Shown here one piece after another: positions 29,182 through 39,102 of a DNA stretch of 58,411 nucleotides. The notes beneath the pieces were generated by a model. It was given only the letters and a program-made list of their open reading frames with translations. It did not search any database and was not told where the DNA came from. Origin of the DNA: Candidatus Solincola daggyaiensis (GTDB lineage: Bacteria > Actinomycetota > Geothermincolia > Geothermincolales > RBG-13-55-18); assembly GCA_015711825.1 (NCBI GenBank), contig JACVJD010000004.1:1-58411 (forward strand). The letters are read 5' to 3'. Position 1 is the first letter of the stretch, and every line of letters starts with the position of its first letter. A program made the translations under genes and the position numbers.

Positions 29182-29336
29182 GCGCGATCCTCCTCCCTGC
29201 CTTCATGCGCGTAGCCGCTTGCCCGCCGACTCTCCACCCTTTTGCGCCGTCGCATCGGGCTTCCGCTCCATGGCCTTGCCCACTCCCCTGGGAAGCCCGC
29301 AGTCATCGCAGTACATGCGCGATCCTCCTCCTTGCC
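29136..29336. repeat. 66-bp direct repeat duplicating the RBS and first 15 codons of the 28126..29181 gene
   Basis: 29136..29201 versus 29271..29336, one mismatch, offset 135 nt. Confidence 0.9.
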
Positions 29337-29704
29337 GTATCTCGCCCACCGCAGTATCGCGACGGGCTTTCGCGACTTCGCTCTCCTCGGCGACCTTCCC
29401 GCCCCGCCAGGCCCCTTTGCGGAATCGATCCCTCCACGCAACCCTTACGTTTAAAGGTTTTCTCGCAACAAAACGCCGCGCTCGAGATGGTTTATTTCGC
29501 CCGGGCAACCGTGCCCAGCCTCGGAAACCGGCCCCTCCCGGCCCCGCCAGGGATTCCACGTTGTCCCACCCCGTTCACGGACTCAAAAGCCCGGAAAATG
29601 CATGCTTTGTCGTCTCATTATCGGCACTAAACCTCGGTATATTTAGCTTAAAGCGCGCTTGCCGGTTTACCGCGGTTAAGCCTCGACGCCCCGCCGAGCG
29701 CGTT

Positions 29705-31138
29705 TCAGGCCGCCATGGGCGGGCGACGCCCGGCCCAGGGACGCGCCTCCTCCAGCTGCGCCGCCAGGCGGAAGAGGGTGGCCTCATCACCAAACTTGGC
29801 CACGAACTGCACCCCTACCGGCAGCCCGTCCTCGTTCCAGTAGAGGGGAACGCTCATGGCGGGCTGGCCGGTGACGTTGCATATGGGGGTGAAGGGCACG
29901 AACCCCGCCGCGCGCACGATACCGTACAAGGGGTTGTCGGGGGGAGACTCGAAGGTGCCCAGGGGGACGGGGGGCTCGGCCAGGGTGGGGGTAAGCCAGA
30001 GATCGTAGGCCTCCGCCTGCTTCGCAAGACCGCGCGTTATCCCCTGCAGGCCCGTAACCGCCGTGAGGTAGGCGGAAGCGGAGATGCCGCGGCCCATCTC
30101 TACCAGGGCCCAGGTCAGGGGCTCGAACTCCTCGGGAGCGAGAGGCTTTCCCGCCATCATGGCCAGGCCGTCCGCGGTCCAGGCCTGCGCGGAAGCCCAG
30201 AGGTTCATGAACATGGGCGTGAGCGCCTCCACGTCCACCTCCAGCGCCCTCTCCTCCACCTCATGCCCCAATTCCGCGCATAGCGCCGCCGCCTCCTCCA
30301 CCGCCTTCACGCAATCCGGGTGCACCTCGCCCCCTCCACGGGCGTCAGCCGTGAAGGCGATGCGCAGCCTTCCCGGGTCCGCCCCCACCTCCTCGATGAA
30401 AGGGCGGGGCGGCGGTGGCGCCCAGTAGGGGTCCCCGAGATCGGGCCCGGAGGTGGCGTCCAGGAGCGCGGCGCTGTCCCGCACCGAGCGGGTCACGGCG
30501 TGCTCCACTATCAACCCGCTCACGATGTCGCCATAGACCGGGCCCAGAGGATTGCGCGCCCGGGTGGGCTTGAGCCCGAACACGCCGCAGCAAGAGGCGG
30601 GGATGCGGATGGAGCCGCCCCCGTCGTTGGCGTGGCCCATGGGCACCATGCCCACGGCCACCGCCGCCGCCGAACCGCCGCTCGAACCCCCCGGCGTCCT
30701 GCCCTCATGCCAGGGGTTTCGGGTGGGCCCGAAGAGATGGGGCTCGGTGGTGGGGAGGATGCCGAACTCCGGGCAGTTGGTCTTACCGATGATGATCAAG
30801 CCCGCTTTCCGCAGCCTCACCACCAGTTCGCTGTCGTAGTCGGGCACGTAGTCGCGCAGGAAAGCGGAGCCGAAGGTCATGCGCACTCCCTTGCGGGCCG
30901 CGATGAGGTCCTTGAGGAGGAACGGCACGCCCTTGAAGGGGCCGTCCGGTATGTCCCCGGAAGCCTCCGCCATGGCCTGGTCGAACATGGGAGTGACCAC
31001 CGCGTTGAGCCGAGGGTTCAAGGCCTCGACACGCTTTATGGCCGCCTCCACCAGCTCCACGGGCTTGACCTCGCCCTTCCTCACCAGTTCCGCCTGCGCC
31101 GTCGCGTCGAGAAAAGCGAGCTCTTCCGCTCCTGCCAT
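29705..31138 (-). CDS. Amidase signature family protein
   Basis: [38 protein letters not shown]. Confidence 0.95.
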   Translation of the reverse strand: MAGAEELAFLDATAQAELVRKGEVKPVELVEAAIKRVEALNPRLNAVVTPMFDQAMAEASGDIPDGPFKGVPFLLKDLIAARKGVRMTFGSAFLRDYVPDYDSELVVRLRKAGLIIIGKTNCPEFGILPTTEPHLFGPTRNPWHEGRTPGGSSGGSAAAVAVGMVPMGHANDGGGSIRIPASCCGVFGLKPTRARNPLGPVYGDIVSGLIVEHAVTRSVRDSAALLDATSGPDLGDPYWAPPPPRPFIEEVGADPGRLRIAFTADARGGGEVHPDCVKAVEEAAALCAELGHEVEERALEVDVEALTPMFMNLWASAQAWTADGLAMMAGKPLAPEEFEPLTWALVEMGRGISASAYLTAVTGLQGITRGLAKQAEAYDLWLTPTLAEPPVPLGTFESPPDNPLYGIVRAAGFVPFTPICNVTGQPAMSVPLYWNEDGLPVGVQFVAKFGDEATLFRLAAQLEEARPWAGRRPPMAA

Positions 31139-31422
31139 CGCCGCCACCCCCTCCTCTCGCTGCCGCGAGCCGCGCGCCAGCGCGGCTCCCATATTCCATC
31201 CGTAGCCTCAATTGATATTTTACGCCCCTTGAGGGGCGATGTGGCATATAATCTTGTCTATGTGGTCGGAGGCGTTGGCGTTCCGATCGGGTCCTTCTCG
31301 CATTCTTCCGGCCTACGGAGGCGGGTCGTGCATGGTGAGAGTGCGCCGCGATTGCGTGATGGGGTCCCACAAGAAGGCGCCGATCAAAGCGGGCATACCC
31401 GCGCGGATCATGGAGGTGATTT

Positions 31423-32550
31423 ATGTATTGTCCGGAATGCGGGAAGGATATCGGGCCGGACAGCCGGTTTTGCCCCTTCTGCGGCAAAGCGCTGAGCGCG
31501 GAGGGCGAGCCTGCGGCGACGGGAACAGGGGGAGGAGCGCAGTCGCCTGCGACGCCGCCTGCGGCGCCCCCACCGCCATTTCCCGCCCAGGATGCCGCCG
31601 CGCCCCCGCCAACCGCATCTCAACCGCCATCGGAGGTTTACGCTCCTACCGCGCCACAGACATATACCTCACCGGGCGCGGTGCCGCCGACCCCGGCCGG
31701 GCCCACCGCGCAGCCGGCCGCATACGACACGCCAGGGAAAAAATCCCCCCTCCCATGGATCCTGGGCATACTGGGGGCGGCGGTGGTGGCCGCAGCGGTC
31801 TTAGTCCTGGTCTTCGTGGTCTTCAAGGGTGACGGTGGCAAGACGGACACCAAGGCCATGGAGCGCCCGGTGCTGGATTTCTTCGAGTCCCTGGAGAAGA
31901 AGGACGCCAAGATGCTCGTGGGCGTCATGGAGCCGGATTTCGTGAAGGAGTTCAAGGATCTGCTGGGCAAGGGTTTGGTCGAATTCCTGGATGAGTATTT
32001 CCTGGCCCAGGCCCCCGATGACCTGCATTTCGATATCCGCAAGATGAAGACGGAGGTGCAGGGAGAGGGTCGGGCCAGCGTCAAGATCATCGAAGGCACC
32101 ATGACCTACACGGACGAATACGGCGACAGGGTCAGCGAGGAGGCCTCCGACGCGGATATGGATTCCTACGAGGTGGTGAAGGTGGGGGGTAAATGGTACC
32201 TCTCCGAGGACACCCTTATCGAGATGGGTTTCGACTTCAGCGAGCTCGAGGACATGGACATGGGTGAACTGGACCTCGACTCGGATCTGGAAGGGGGCTT
32301 GCTGGATCAGGGAGGGGGACTGGTGGATCTCCCGGTGGACAACGAAGACGAGGTGATCGCCCTCGTCTTCGAGCAACCCGGCGTCCTGGAGTGGTACGCG
32401 AGCTCCCAGTACACCGCCTACCGCATAACCGACGAGAACGGAAGCTGGATCGCCTATCTCTACGAAGAGGCGCCCGACGGCACCGAGATCCCCTTCGGGT
32501 CGTACGCGGTGGACAAGGCCACGGGCGAGGTCTACGAAGTCGTGTATTAG
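31423..32550 (+). CDS. Zinc-ribbon, Pro-rich, single-TM membrane protein
   Basis: MYCPECG...FCPFCG, Pro/Ala linker, TM WILGILGAAVVAAAVLVLVFVVF, acidic external domains. GGAGGTG RBS. Confidence 0.85.
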   Translation: MYCPECGKDIGPDSRFCPFCGKALSAEGEPAATGTGGGAQSPATPPAAPPPPFPAQDAAAPPPTASQPPSEVYAPTAPQTYTSPGAVPPTPAGPTAQPAAYDTPGKKSPLPWILGILGAAVVAAAVLVLVFVVFKGDGGKTDTKAMERPVLDFFESLEKKDAKMLVGVMEPDFVKEFKDLLGKGLVEFLDEYFLAQAPDDLHFDIRKMKTEVQGEGRASVKIIEGTMTYTDEYGDRVSEEASDADMDSYEVVKVGGKWYLSEDTLIEMGFDFSELEDMDMGELDLDSDLEGGLLDQGGGLVDLPVDNEDEVIALVFEQPGVLEWYASSQYTAYRITDENGSWIAYLYEEAPDGTEIPFGSYAVDKATGEVYEVVY

Positions 32551-32574
32551 CGGCTGGACCCCGCGTGGCCTCAT

Positions 32575-32700
32575 AAGCGGTGCGCCGTCGTCAGGCCGTT
32601 TCCTCCTCTCGGGTCCGGTTTCGCGGACAAGAAGAGGCGTCTCTCAAGAGGATGCGTTTTCCTTATGAAGCGGTGCGCCGTCGTCAGGCCGTTTCCTCCT
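32575..32700. repeat. 33-bp direct repeat duplicating the stop region of the sigma factor gene
   Basis: AAGCGGTGCGCCGTCGTCAGGCCGTTTCCTCCT at 32575..32607 and 32668..32700. Confidence 0.9.
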
Positions 32701-33487
32701 GCAGCGCGCATTTTTCCTGCAACATCCCCACCGCCTCGCGGATGAGGCGAGAGACGTGCATCTGGGAAATCCCCAGCTCCTTCGCGATGCGCGTCTGGGT
32801 CCAGTTGTTCCTCAAGCGCAGGTGGAGCACCCTGCGGTGCCGCGGGGGCAGGGCGGCCATGGCCGTGTCTATGACCAGCTCCCTTTCCACCTCCTCGAAG
32901 GCGGGGTCATGGGAGCCGATGAACATGCCGAGGGGCGCGTCCTCCTGTCCATCGCCGTGGGATCCGTCGAGGGAAAACACGGAGGTGTTGGCGCTCGCCG
33001 CCAGGACCTCGATGATCTCCTCTTCTCCCACCTCCATGCGCCGCGCCAGCGTCGCGACGTCGGGCTCCCGCCCCTCTTCCTCCAGGTACCTGCGCGACTC
33101 GGCGTTGATGCGGTGCCGTAGGTCGCGCAGGGGCCTGGGCAGGCGGATGATCTCCAGGTGGTCCCGGTAGTGCTTCCTAAGCTCCCCCTCGATGGTGGGA
33201 TAGGCGAAGGTGATGAAGGACACCCCGCGCGCGGGGTCAAAGCGCCTCATGGCCTTCATCAAGCCCAGGGCCGCGAGCTGGTAGGCGTCCTCGTAGGGGA
33301 GCCGGTCCGACTGGTACTTATGGGCGAAGCGGTGCAGAAGGTCCTGGTAGCGGCGGAAGAGCTCGCTTACCGCCTCCTGGTCGTCATCCTCGCTTATGCG
33401 CCTGAAAAGGTCCGCCTCTATGTCGCTCAATCCCTTCAATTTCATCTCCAGGTGAACCTCCCCGTCTAGTCCTTTCTTTCGCGCCAC
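32684..33487 (-). CDS. SigB/SigF/SigG-family RNA polymerase sigma factor
   Basis: GLMKAMRRFDPARG, FAYPTIEGELRKHYRD, TQTRIAKELGISQMHVSRL. Start may be ATG 33445. Confidence 0.92.
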   Translation of the reverse strand: MARKKGLDGEVHLEMKLKGLSDIEADLFRRISEDDDQEAVSELFRRYQDLLHRFAHKYQSDRLPYEDAYQLAALGLMKAMRRFDPARGVSFITFAYPTIEGELRKHYRDHLEIIRLPRPLRDLRHRINAESRRYLEEEGREPDVATLARRMEVGEEEIIEVLAASANTSVFSLDGSHGDGQEDAPLGMFIGSHDPAFEEVERELVIDTAMAALPPRHRRVLHLRLRNNWTQTRIAKELGISQMHVSRLIREAVGMLQEKCALQEETA

Positions 33488-33613
33488 TTCTTTCGCGCCA
33501 CTCCGTTCTATTCCCTATCCCCCTCATGCCGCCTCGTCGCCGCTCTACCTCTCTCGCCGAGGCGACATGCCGTTGTGGGTGCGCTTACCGTGCCTCCCGC
33601 CGCCGGGAGCGGA

Positions 33614-34078
33614 TCAATGCGGACCCCCGCCTCCGCGCGGAGGCAAACCGCTCACGTATCTCCCGCCCCCCGCCACGGCCCGGACGGCCTCCACCACCTC
33701 CGCGGCCGCGTCCTCCTTCGCCACGTACCCCGACGCCCCACGCGCCAGGGCCTCGTCGGCGTACTCGGCGGCTGAGTACATGGAAAGTATTACCACACGG
33801 GTGCCCGGCCTCAGTTTCCCGATCGTCTCGAGCAGATCCAGGCCGCAACAATCGGGAAGGGTGATGTCGAGCAACACCACGTCCCAATGGCGTTCACGTA
33901 ACCTCCGCACCGTCTCCTCGCCGCTGGCCGCTTCACCCGCCACCGCCATGTCGGGCTCGCCCTCCATCAAAAGCCTCAGTCCCTGCCTTACCATGTGATG
34001 ATCGTCAACCACCAGGACCTCGATCCTCCTCGCCTCCCTTTCCTCTTCCTCTTCCTCTTCCGGGCCGTTTCCCGCCAT
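33614..34078 (-). CDS. NarL-type receiver domain without HTH
   Basis: VLVVDDHHMVRQGL, LLDITLP, GYVAK. Ends just after AVAGGGRYVS. Confidence 0.85.
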   Translation of the reverse strand: MAGNGPEEEEEEEREARRIEVLVVDDHHMVRQGLRLLMEGEPDMAVAGEAASGEETVRRLRERHWDVVLLDITLPDCCGLDLLETIGKLRPGTRVVILSMYSAAEYADEALARGASGYVAKEDAAAEVVEAVRAVAGGGRYVSGLPPRGGGGPH

Positions 34079-34187
34079 GAGCGCCCCTTTACATGCACCG
34101 CGCACGCCGCCGAGGTAAGCCGCTCCCTCGCGAAACCGACTCCCTACCAGACCCGGGGGAGCGGAGGGACCCGCTCGACGGGGCGCC

Positions 34188-34385
34188 TCAGCGTAGAATC
34201 CGGCGGGGGAAATGCGCCTCTTTCCTGGTCTCCCTGATGCCGGCGGGATCGAAGCGCAGGCGCCCGGAGCGTCCGCAACGCGGGCAGAACATCGCTGCCC
34301 TCGCGATTCGCGTGCCGCACAGGGGGCATGCCTCTCCCGGATCGGAAAGAAGCGAGCCCGGCTCCCGTTTCGTCAAACGCATCAT
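34188..34385 (-). CDS. Small zinc-ribbon protein
   Basis: CPLCG-x8-FCPRCG, purine-rich RBS, co-oriented with neighbours. Confidence 0.55.
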   Translation of the reverse strand: MMRLTKREPGSLLSDPGEACPLCGTRIARAAMFCPRCGRSGRLRFDPAGIRETRKEAHFPRRILR

Positions 34386-34494
34386 CCGCCCTCTCTCGCG
34401 GGTCCCCAAGTTACCACCTCAACGCTAAGGGAGCGCTCCTCGCGGAGGTATCGGAGACGTTCGCGGCCGGAGATAGGAATAACGCCCTTTACGT

Positions 34495-34512
34495 CGTAGG
34501 GTTTTTCCCACA
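34495..34512. promoter_or_regulatory. Imperfect palindrome, candidate NarL/GacA-type operator
   Basis: CGTAGG-GTTTTT-CCCACA has the same geometry as the GacA box TGTAAG-N6-CTTACA. Confidence 0.35.
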
Positions 34513-34523
34513 AATACGCGCAC

Positions 34524-34708
34524 GGGATCCGGGGGGCCGCACGGCCCGCGGAGAGAGGGTGAAAACGGCGTGCGCAAGGGGCATGCGGAGAGGGTTGAGA
34601 TCGTCGGGGATGGGGTAAGGTCTTTCTCTTCTGCTCTCGCGCGCCGACGGGATCCCCACCGATCCGCGCCTGGGATCCGGGGGGCCGCACGGCCCGCGGA
34701 GAGAGGGT
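34524..34708. repeat. 37-bp direct repeat abutting the response regulator stop codon
   Basis: GGGATCCGGGGGGCCGCACGGCCCGCGGAGAGAGGGT at 34524..34560 and 34672..34708. Confidence 0.9.
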
Positions 34709-35340
34709 TATGTTATGAGGCCGTTCTTAAGCGCGTAATAGGTCAGCTCGGCGTTGCTCTCCATGCCCATCTTCTCCAGCACGCGCGCGCGGTAAGTGCT
34801 TACCGTCTTCACGCTCAGACACAGCTCCTGCGCGATGTCCTTGAGCCGCTTGCCCTCCGCCAGCATGCGCATGACCTGGAACTCGCGGTCCGAGAGGCGT
34901 TCGTGGGGCGCCCCCGAGTAGTCGTCCTCGATGAGCTCCGCCAGCCTCTCCGCCAGGGAGGGGCTGACGTATTTCCCTCCTCCCGCCACCTTCTTCACCG
35001 CGTTGACCAGTTCCTCGGCGGCGCTCTCCTTGCTGACGAAACCGGCCGCCCCCGCCTTGAGCACCCGCGGCGCGTACTGGTCCTCGGGATGCATGGAGAG
35101 GATGAGCACCGGCAGGTCAGGCCGCATGGCCCTGATGTCCTTGAGGACTTCCAGGCCGCTGCGGTCGGGCAGGGAGATGTCCAGCACCACCACGTCCCAG
35201 GCGGAGTCGTCGAGCAGGCTCAAGAGCTCCGCCGCGGTGTCCGTTTCCCCTACCTCCCGGATCTCCGGATCCTCGGCCAGGATCATGGTCAAGCCCTTCC
35301 TGACCACCGGGTGGTCATCTACCACCAGGACCCTGATCAC
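34708..35340 (-). CDS. NarL/LuxR-family (UvrY/GacA-like) response regulator
   Basis: IRVLVVDDHPVVRKGL, LSDREFQV, LCLSVKTVSTYRARVLEKM. Confidence 0.93.
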   Translation of the reverse strand: MIRVLVVDDHPVVRKGLTMILAEDPEIREVGETDTAAELLSLLDDSAWDVVVLDISLPDRSGLEVLKDIRAMRPDLPVLILSMHPEDQYAPRVLKAGAAGFVSKESAAEELVNAVKKVAGGGKYVSPSLAERLAELIEDDYSGAPHERLSDREFQVMRMLAEGKRLKDIAQELCLSVKTVSTYRARVLEKMGMESNAELTYYALKNGLIT

Positions 35341-35430
35341 GCTCCCCCCCTTTCGCTCCGACCGTCTCCGCGCCGCATTTACCCCTTTTCGCCTCTCGAT
35401 CATGGCCGAGGCGCCCTGCGCGGTATTCCG

Positions 35431-38400
35431 TCACGGCTCCCCCCCGCTTCCCGACCCCGCCGCCTGCGCGCCAGCCGCCCTATCCAGCGGCACCCTCACC
35501 GACATGACCGTCCCCTCTCCGGGAGCTCCCGTTATCCTTACCTCGCCCCCGAAGAAATGGGCGCGCTCACGCATGCCGAGGATGCCCAGAGAAGCGGGAT
35601 CGAGGGCTTCGGCCTCGCTTATCCCCCGGCCGTCGTCCCTCACCTCCATCTCCAGCCAGCCGTCGCCGCCGCTCAGGCGCAACTCCACCCTGCGCGCCTC
35701 CGCGTGCCTCGCCACGTTGGTAAGCGCTTCCTGGGCGATGCGGAAAAAGGCGGTGGAGAGGTCCTTGTCGATGCGGCGCCTGGCGTCTTCGTCAAGCTCA
35801 GAACGGAAACGGTATTCCACCCCGGACATCTCCCCGAACCTCTTCAACTGCCACTCCAGGGCCGCCTCCAGGCCGAGGTCGTCCAGGATTCCCGGTCGCA
35901 GGGATGCCGCTATCTCGCGCACCGCCTTTATCGCGGAATCGACCACCTCCGTCATGCCCTCCACTTGCCCCAACAAATCGGGGCGCTCGGCGAGCTTCTT
36001 GGCCAGAAGGGACAGGTTTATCTTCAGCCCCGTCAAGGCCTGGCCCAGGGTGTCGTGCACCTCGCGGGATATGTGGCGGCGCTCCTCCTCGCGGATGGAC
36101 TCCAGGCGGGCGGTGAGGGCGCGCAGCCTCTGCATGGTGACCCGCAGCTCCTCCTGGCGGAGCCTGCGCTCGCCGACCTCCTTCTCAAGCCTGCGGTTGA
36201 CCCGCTCGAGTTCCCGCGTGCGCTCCCTGACCATATCCTCCAGGTTTTTCCTATACTTGTCCAGCTCGGCTTCCGACCACATGCGCAGCACCGCCATGGC
36301 GTAGAGGTCGGCCAGCCTTCCCAGGACCTCCAGGTCCCTGGGACCGTAATCGCGCTCGGCATTGGCCACCGCCACCTGTCCCACCAGCGCCCCTCCCAGG
36401 AGGGCGGGCACGGAGAGAAAGCGCCTGATGGGGATATGCCCCTCCGGCACCCCCGTGGAGCGCGGGTCGCTCTCGGGATGGTTGGTGAGCAGGGCCTGCC
36501 GGTTTTTCAACACCCACCCCCATAAGCCCTTGAACTCCTTGAAGACGATGGCCTTTTCCTGCATGGAGCATTCTCCCCACACCTCCCTGGTGAGGGTGGG
36601 CGAGACCAGGTAACCGGTATCGCTGTCTATATATCCCACGTAGCCGTGGGCGCTGCCGGTGAGCCGCTTGGCGTTTTCCAGCACCACCTGCGAGACGTCC
36701 TCGATGGAGGCCTGGGCCAGCAACGCCCCAGCGAGCTCGGCCATGGAGCGGTTGACCTCCGACTCCCAAGCCAGCGCCTCCTCCGTGCGCACACGCCTGG
36801 TCACGTCCCTGACCACGCTGCCCACCATCAGCCCCTCGCGGGAGCGGATGGGAAAGGTCACCGCCTGCACGATGCGCTTATCGCCCGCGGGGGTCTGCAA
36901 CTCGCGCTCGCTGGTCTCCCCGAACCAGGTCTCGTACCCCCTGCGCAGCGACTCCAGGGCGGCGGATTTCATCTCCTCGTATGCCTCGGGCGTCCTGCGC
37001 TCCGGCAAGGCGAGACGGTATTGAACGTCCCAGAGGAATCGCCCCATGGTCTCCTCCCCGGCCAAGCCCATGATGTCCTCCATGGCGCTGTTCCACTCCA
37101 CGATCCTTCCCTCGCCGTCCACCAGCACGATGCCGTCCGCCGACTGCTCGATCACGCTGCGGAACTTCTCCTCGCTCTCCCTGAGAGCGTCCTCGATGCG
37201 CACGCGCTCCGAGATGTCCTGGACGACGTGCACCCCGAACTCGAGCTCGCCGCGCTCATCGAAGACGGGGGAGAGGGAGATCCAGAGGTGCTTCCCCAAC
37301 TTGGGCTCGTAGACCTCCTTGCGCGCCCCGCAACCGGCCCGCAGCGACTCCTCGCACACGCAGAAATCAGGCGGGGCGTCGGTGCCGTGGATGAGCTCGA
37401 AGCAGCTATGCCCGGTGTAGTCTGCGTGCTCTCCCAGGAGTTCGCAGAGGGCGGCGTTGTGCTGGACGATGCGGTACTCGCTGTCGATGACCAGCATGGC
37501 GTCCCCGATGGCGTCGAAGGAGCGCTGCCACCTCTCCTTGGCCGACCTCTCCGCATCCAGGATCGCTTTCTGCTCCGTGACCTCTTTCTCCCTGAAGACC
37601 GCCAGGGCTTCTTCGCCCCGCTCCACGGGCAACGGTCGCGCCTCCTGCTCATACCACCTCTCCCCGCGCCGCAGCTCCCGCCCCGCCGGCGAGCCGGCGG
37701 CGAGCGCCTGCTCGAGCAGCGTCAGCGCGGCCTTTCCCTCCTCCCCGGCCAGGGCATCTCCCAGCCCGATTCCCCGCAGCTCCTCCGCGTCCCTTCCCAG
37801 GCGGCGCGAGGCCGCCTGGTTGGCGGCGAGCACCCTTCCATGGGCGTCGCAGAGCAGCAGGATTTCGTCGCTGGCGTCAAGGATGGCCCTCTCGCGGCGT
37901 TCACGGTCCTTCAACCTGCGGAAGAGCAGCTCGTAAGGCTCCTCGAGACCCGTATCCACTATGGCCCGGTAGAGCAAGTAGAAGGAAACGATCTTCAGGA
38001 AATGACCCAGGAGGTTGGGGAGGGCGTAGGGGTCCTGGTAGAGGGTAAAGGAGAGCTCGGAGGCGATGGCCACGGCGATGGAGGCAAGGATGAGCCGCAT
38101 CACCCTGGTGTTCATCTCCCCTCTCCTGGCGTAGAGAAAGGCCATGGCCCCCGCCATCATGGCGCAGATGACGTACTCGCTCACCTTCTTGAAGGGGGTC
38201 AGCCCGGAACCCTCCATGAAGCAGGCTGGAAATATATCCCATAGGAAGACGCTCGCCAGCGCCAGGGCGGAAACCGCCGCGTAAACCGCCATGTCCAGGT
38301 AGATCCGAAGCGCGCGCGCCAGGAAGAGCGGCGCCAGAAGCAGGGAGAACGCCTCCAGGTAACGGGCGATCACCCATAACTGGGTGGCGAGGTTCGCGCC

Positions 38401-38709
38401 GTTCCCGTCGAAGACGCCCATGCCCGAGTAGGCCAGCATATGCAGGAGGTCGATCGCCCCCACGAAGAGGTAAGCCACCCCCAGGAAGGCGAGGAAGCCG
38501 TTGTCCGCGGAGCGCCGGGTGTGCCAGGCGAGGATGAAAACGGAGAAGGCCACCAGCGAGCTGAAGACCTCGGCGGCGGCGTGGAAGAGGAGATAGTTGC
38601 GGCGGCTCACGAGATAAAGCGCCGCGAACACCGCCAGGCCCGCCGCCACCCGCCAGGTGGCGTCAAGCCACCCCCTCCCGGTACTTCTTCCGGCGCTTTC
38701 ATCTCCCAT
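35431..38709 (-). CDS. MASE3-PAS-PAS-PAS-GAF HisKA_3 sensor kinase
   Basis: N-terminal multi-TM NYLLFH..E/DLLHMLAYSGMG (MASE3-like), three PAS, GAF, EERRHISREVHDTLGQ, QEALTNVARHA, LGILGMRERA. Confidence 0.93.
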   Translation of the reverse strand: MGDESAGRSTGRGWLDATWRVAAGLAVFAALYLVSRRNYLLFHAAAEVFSSLVAFSVFILAWHTRRSADNGFLAFLGVAYLFVGAIDLLHMLAYSGMGVFDGNGANLATQLWVIARYLEAFSLLLAPLFLARALRIYLDMAVYAAVSALALASVFLWDIFPACFMEGSGLTPFKKVSEYVICAMMAGAMAFLYARRGEMNTRVMRLILASIAVAIASELSFTLYQDPYALPNLLGHFLKIVSFYLLYRAIVDTGLEEPYELLFRRLKDRERRERAILDASDEILLLCDAHGRVLAANQAASRRLGRDAEELRGIGLGDALAGEEGKAALTLLEQALAAGSPAGRELRRGERWYEQEARPLPVERGEEALAVFREKEVTEQKAILDAERSAKERWQRSFDAIGDAMLVIDSEYRIVQHNAALCELLGEHADYTGHSCFELIHGTDAPPDFCVCEESLRAGCGARKEVYEPKLGKHLWISLSPVFDERGELEFGVHVVQDISERVRIEDALRESEEKFRSVIEQSADGIVLVDGEGRIVEWNSAMEDIMGLAGEETMGRFLWDVQYRLALPERRTPEAYEEMKSAALESLRRGYETWFGETSERELQTPAGDKRIVQAVTFPIRSREGLMVGSVVRDVTRRVRTEEALAWESEVNRSMAELAGALLAQASIEDVSQVVLENAKRLTGSAHGYVGYIDSDTGYLVSPTLTREVWGECSMQEKAIVFKEFKGLWGWVLKNRQALLTNHPESDPRSTGVPEGHIPIRRFLSVPALLGGALVGQVAVANAERDYGPRDLEVLGRLADLYAMAVLRMWSEAELDKYRKNLEDMVRERTRELERVNRRLEKEVGERRLRQEELRVTMQRLRALTARLESIREEERRHISREVHDTLGQALTGLKINLSLLAKKLAERPDLLGQVEGMTEVVDSAIKAVREIAASLRPGILDDLGLEAALEWQLKRFGEMSGVEYRFRSELDEDARRRIDKDLSTAFFRIAQEALTNVARHAEARRVELRLSGGDGWLEMEVRDDGRGISEAEALDPASLGILGMRERAHFFGGEVRITGAPGEGTVMSVRVPLDRAAGAQAAGSGSGGEP

Positions 38710-38874
38710 ATGCTCATACCTCAGGCGGCCGGTCTTTCACGCCCGGAATCGCAGTCATCATCCGATATAGTCTCGCCGCCAGCTGCACGGCGCCTCCACC
38801 ATGGGTGCAGGCATGCGGGCGATCATGTCAATAGGTGGCCGTTGACAAAAACGTGTCTCTTGCACAAAGTGTAT

Positions 38875-39071
38875 GCCGGGCCGGAGCGCTGAGCAAGGCG
38901 AATGAGAGATCGCCGGGGGCGCCGGATCCTTGCCCACAACACAAGGCATCACCCCGCGCCCGCAAACCCTTCGGAAAAGCGTGGCCATGCACGTCGCGGT
39001 ACGCCCTTGAGAGGGTAAGGAAAGCCGAGCCTTCCGCCTATTCGGGGTCCGGGGCCGCCACGCGTGCCGGC
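38875..39071 (+). ncRNA. Candidate ~195-nt structured ncRNA
   Basis: Preceded by TTGACA-17-CAAAGT (38842..38870) with no credible plus-strand ORF. 5' and 3' ends are complementary. Confidence 0.3.
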
Positions 39072-39102
39072 GATATTCCATTATCTGGCCAGAGGTTTCG
39101 GT

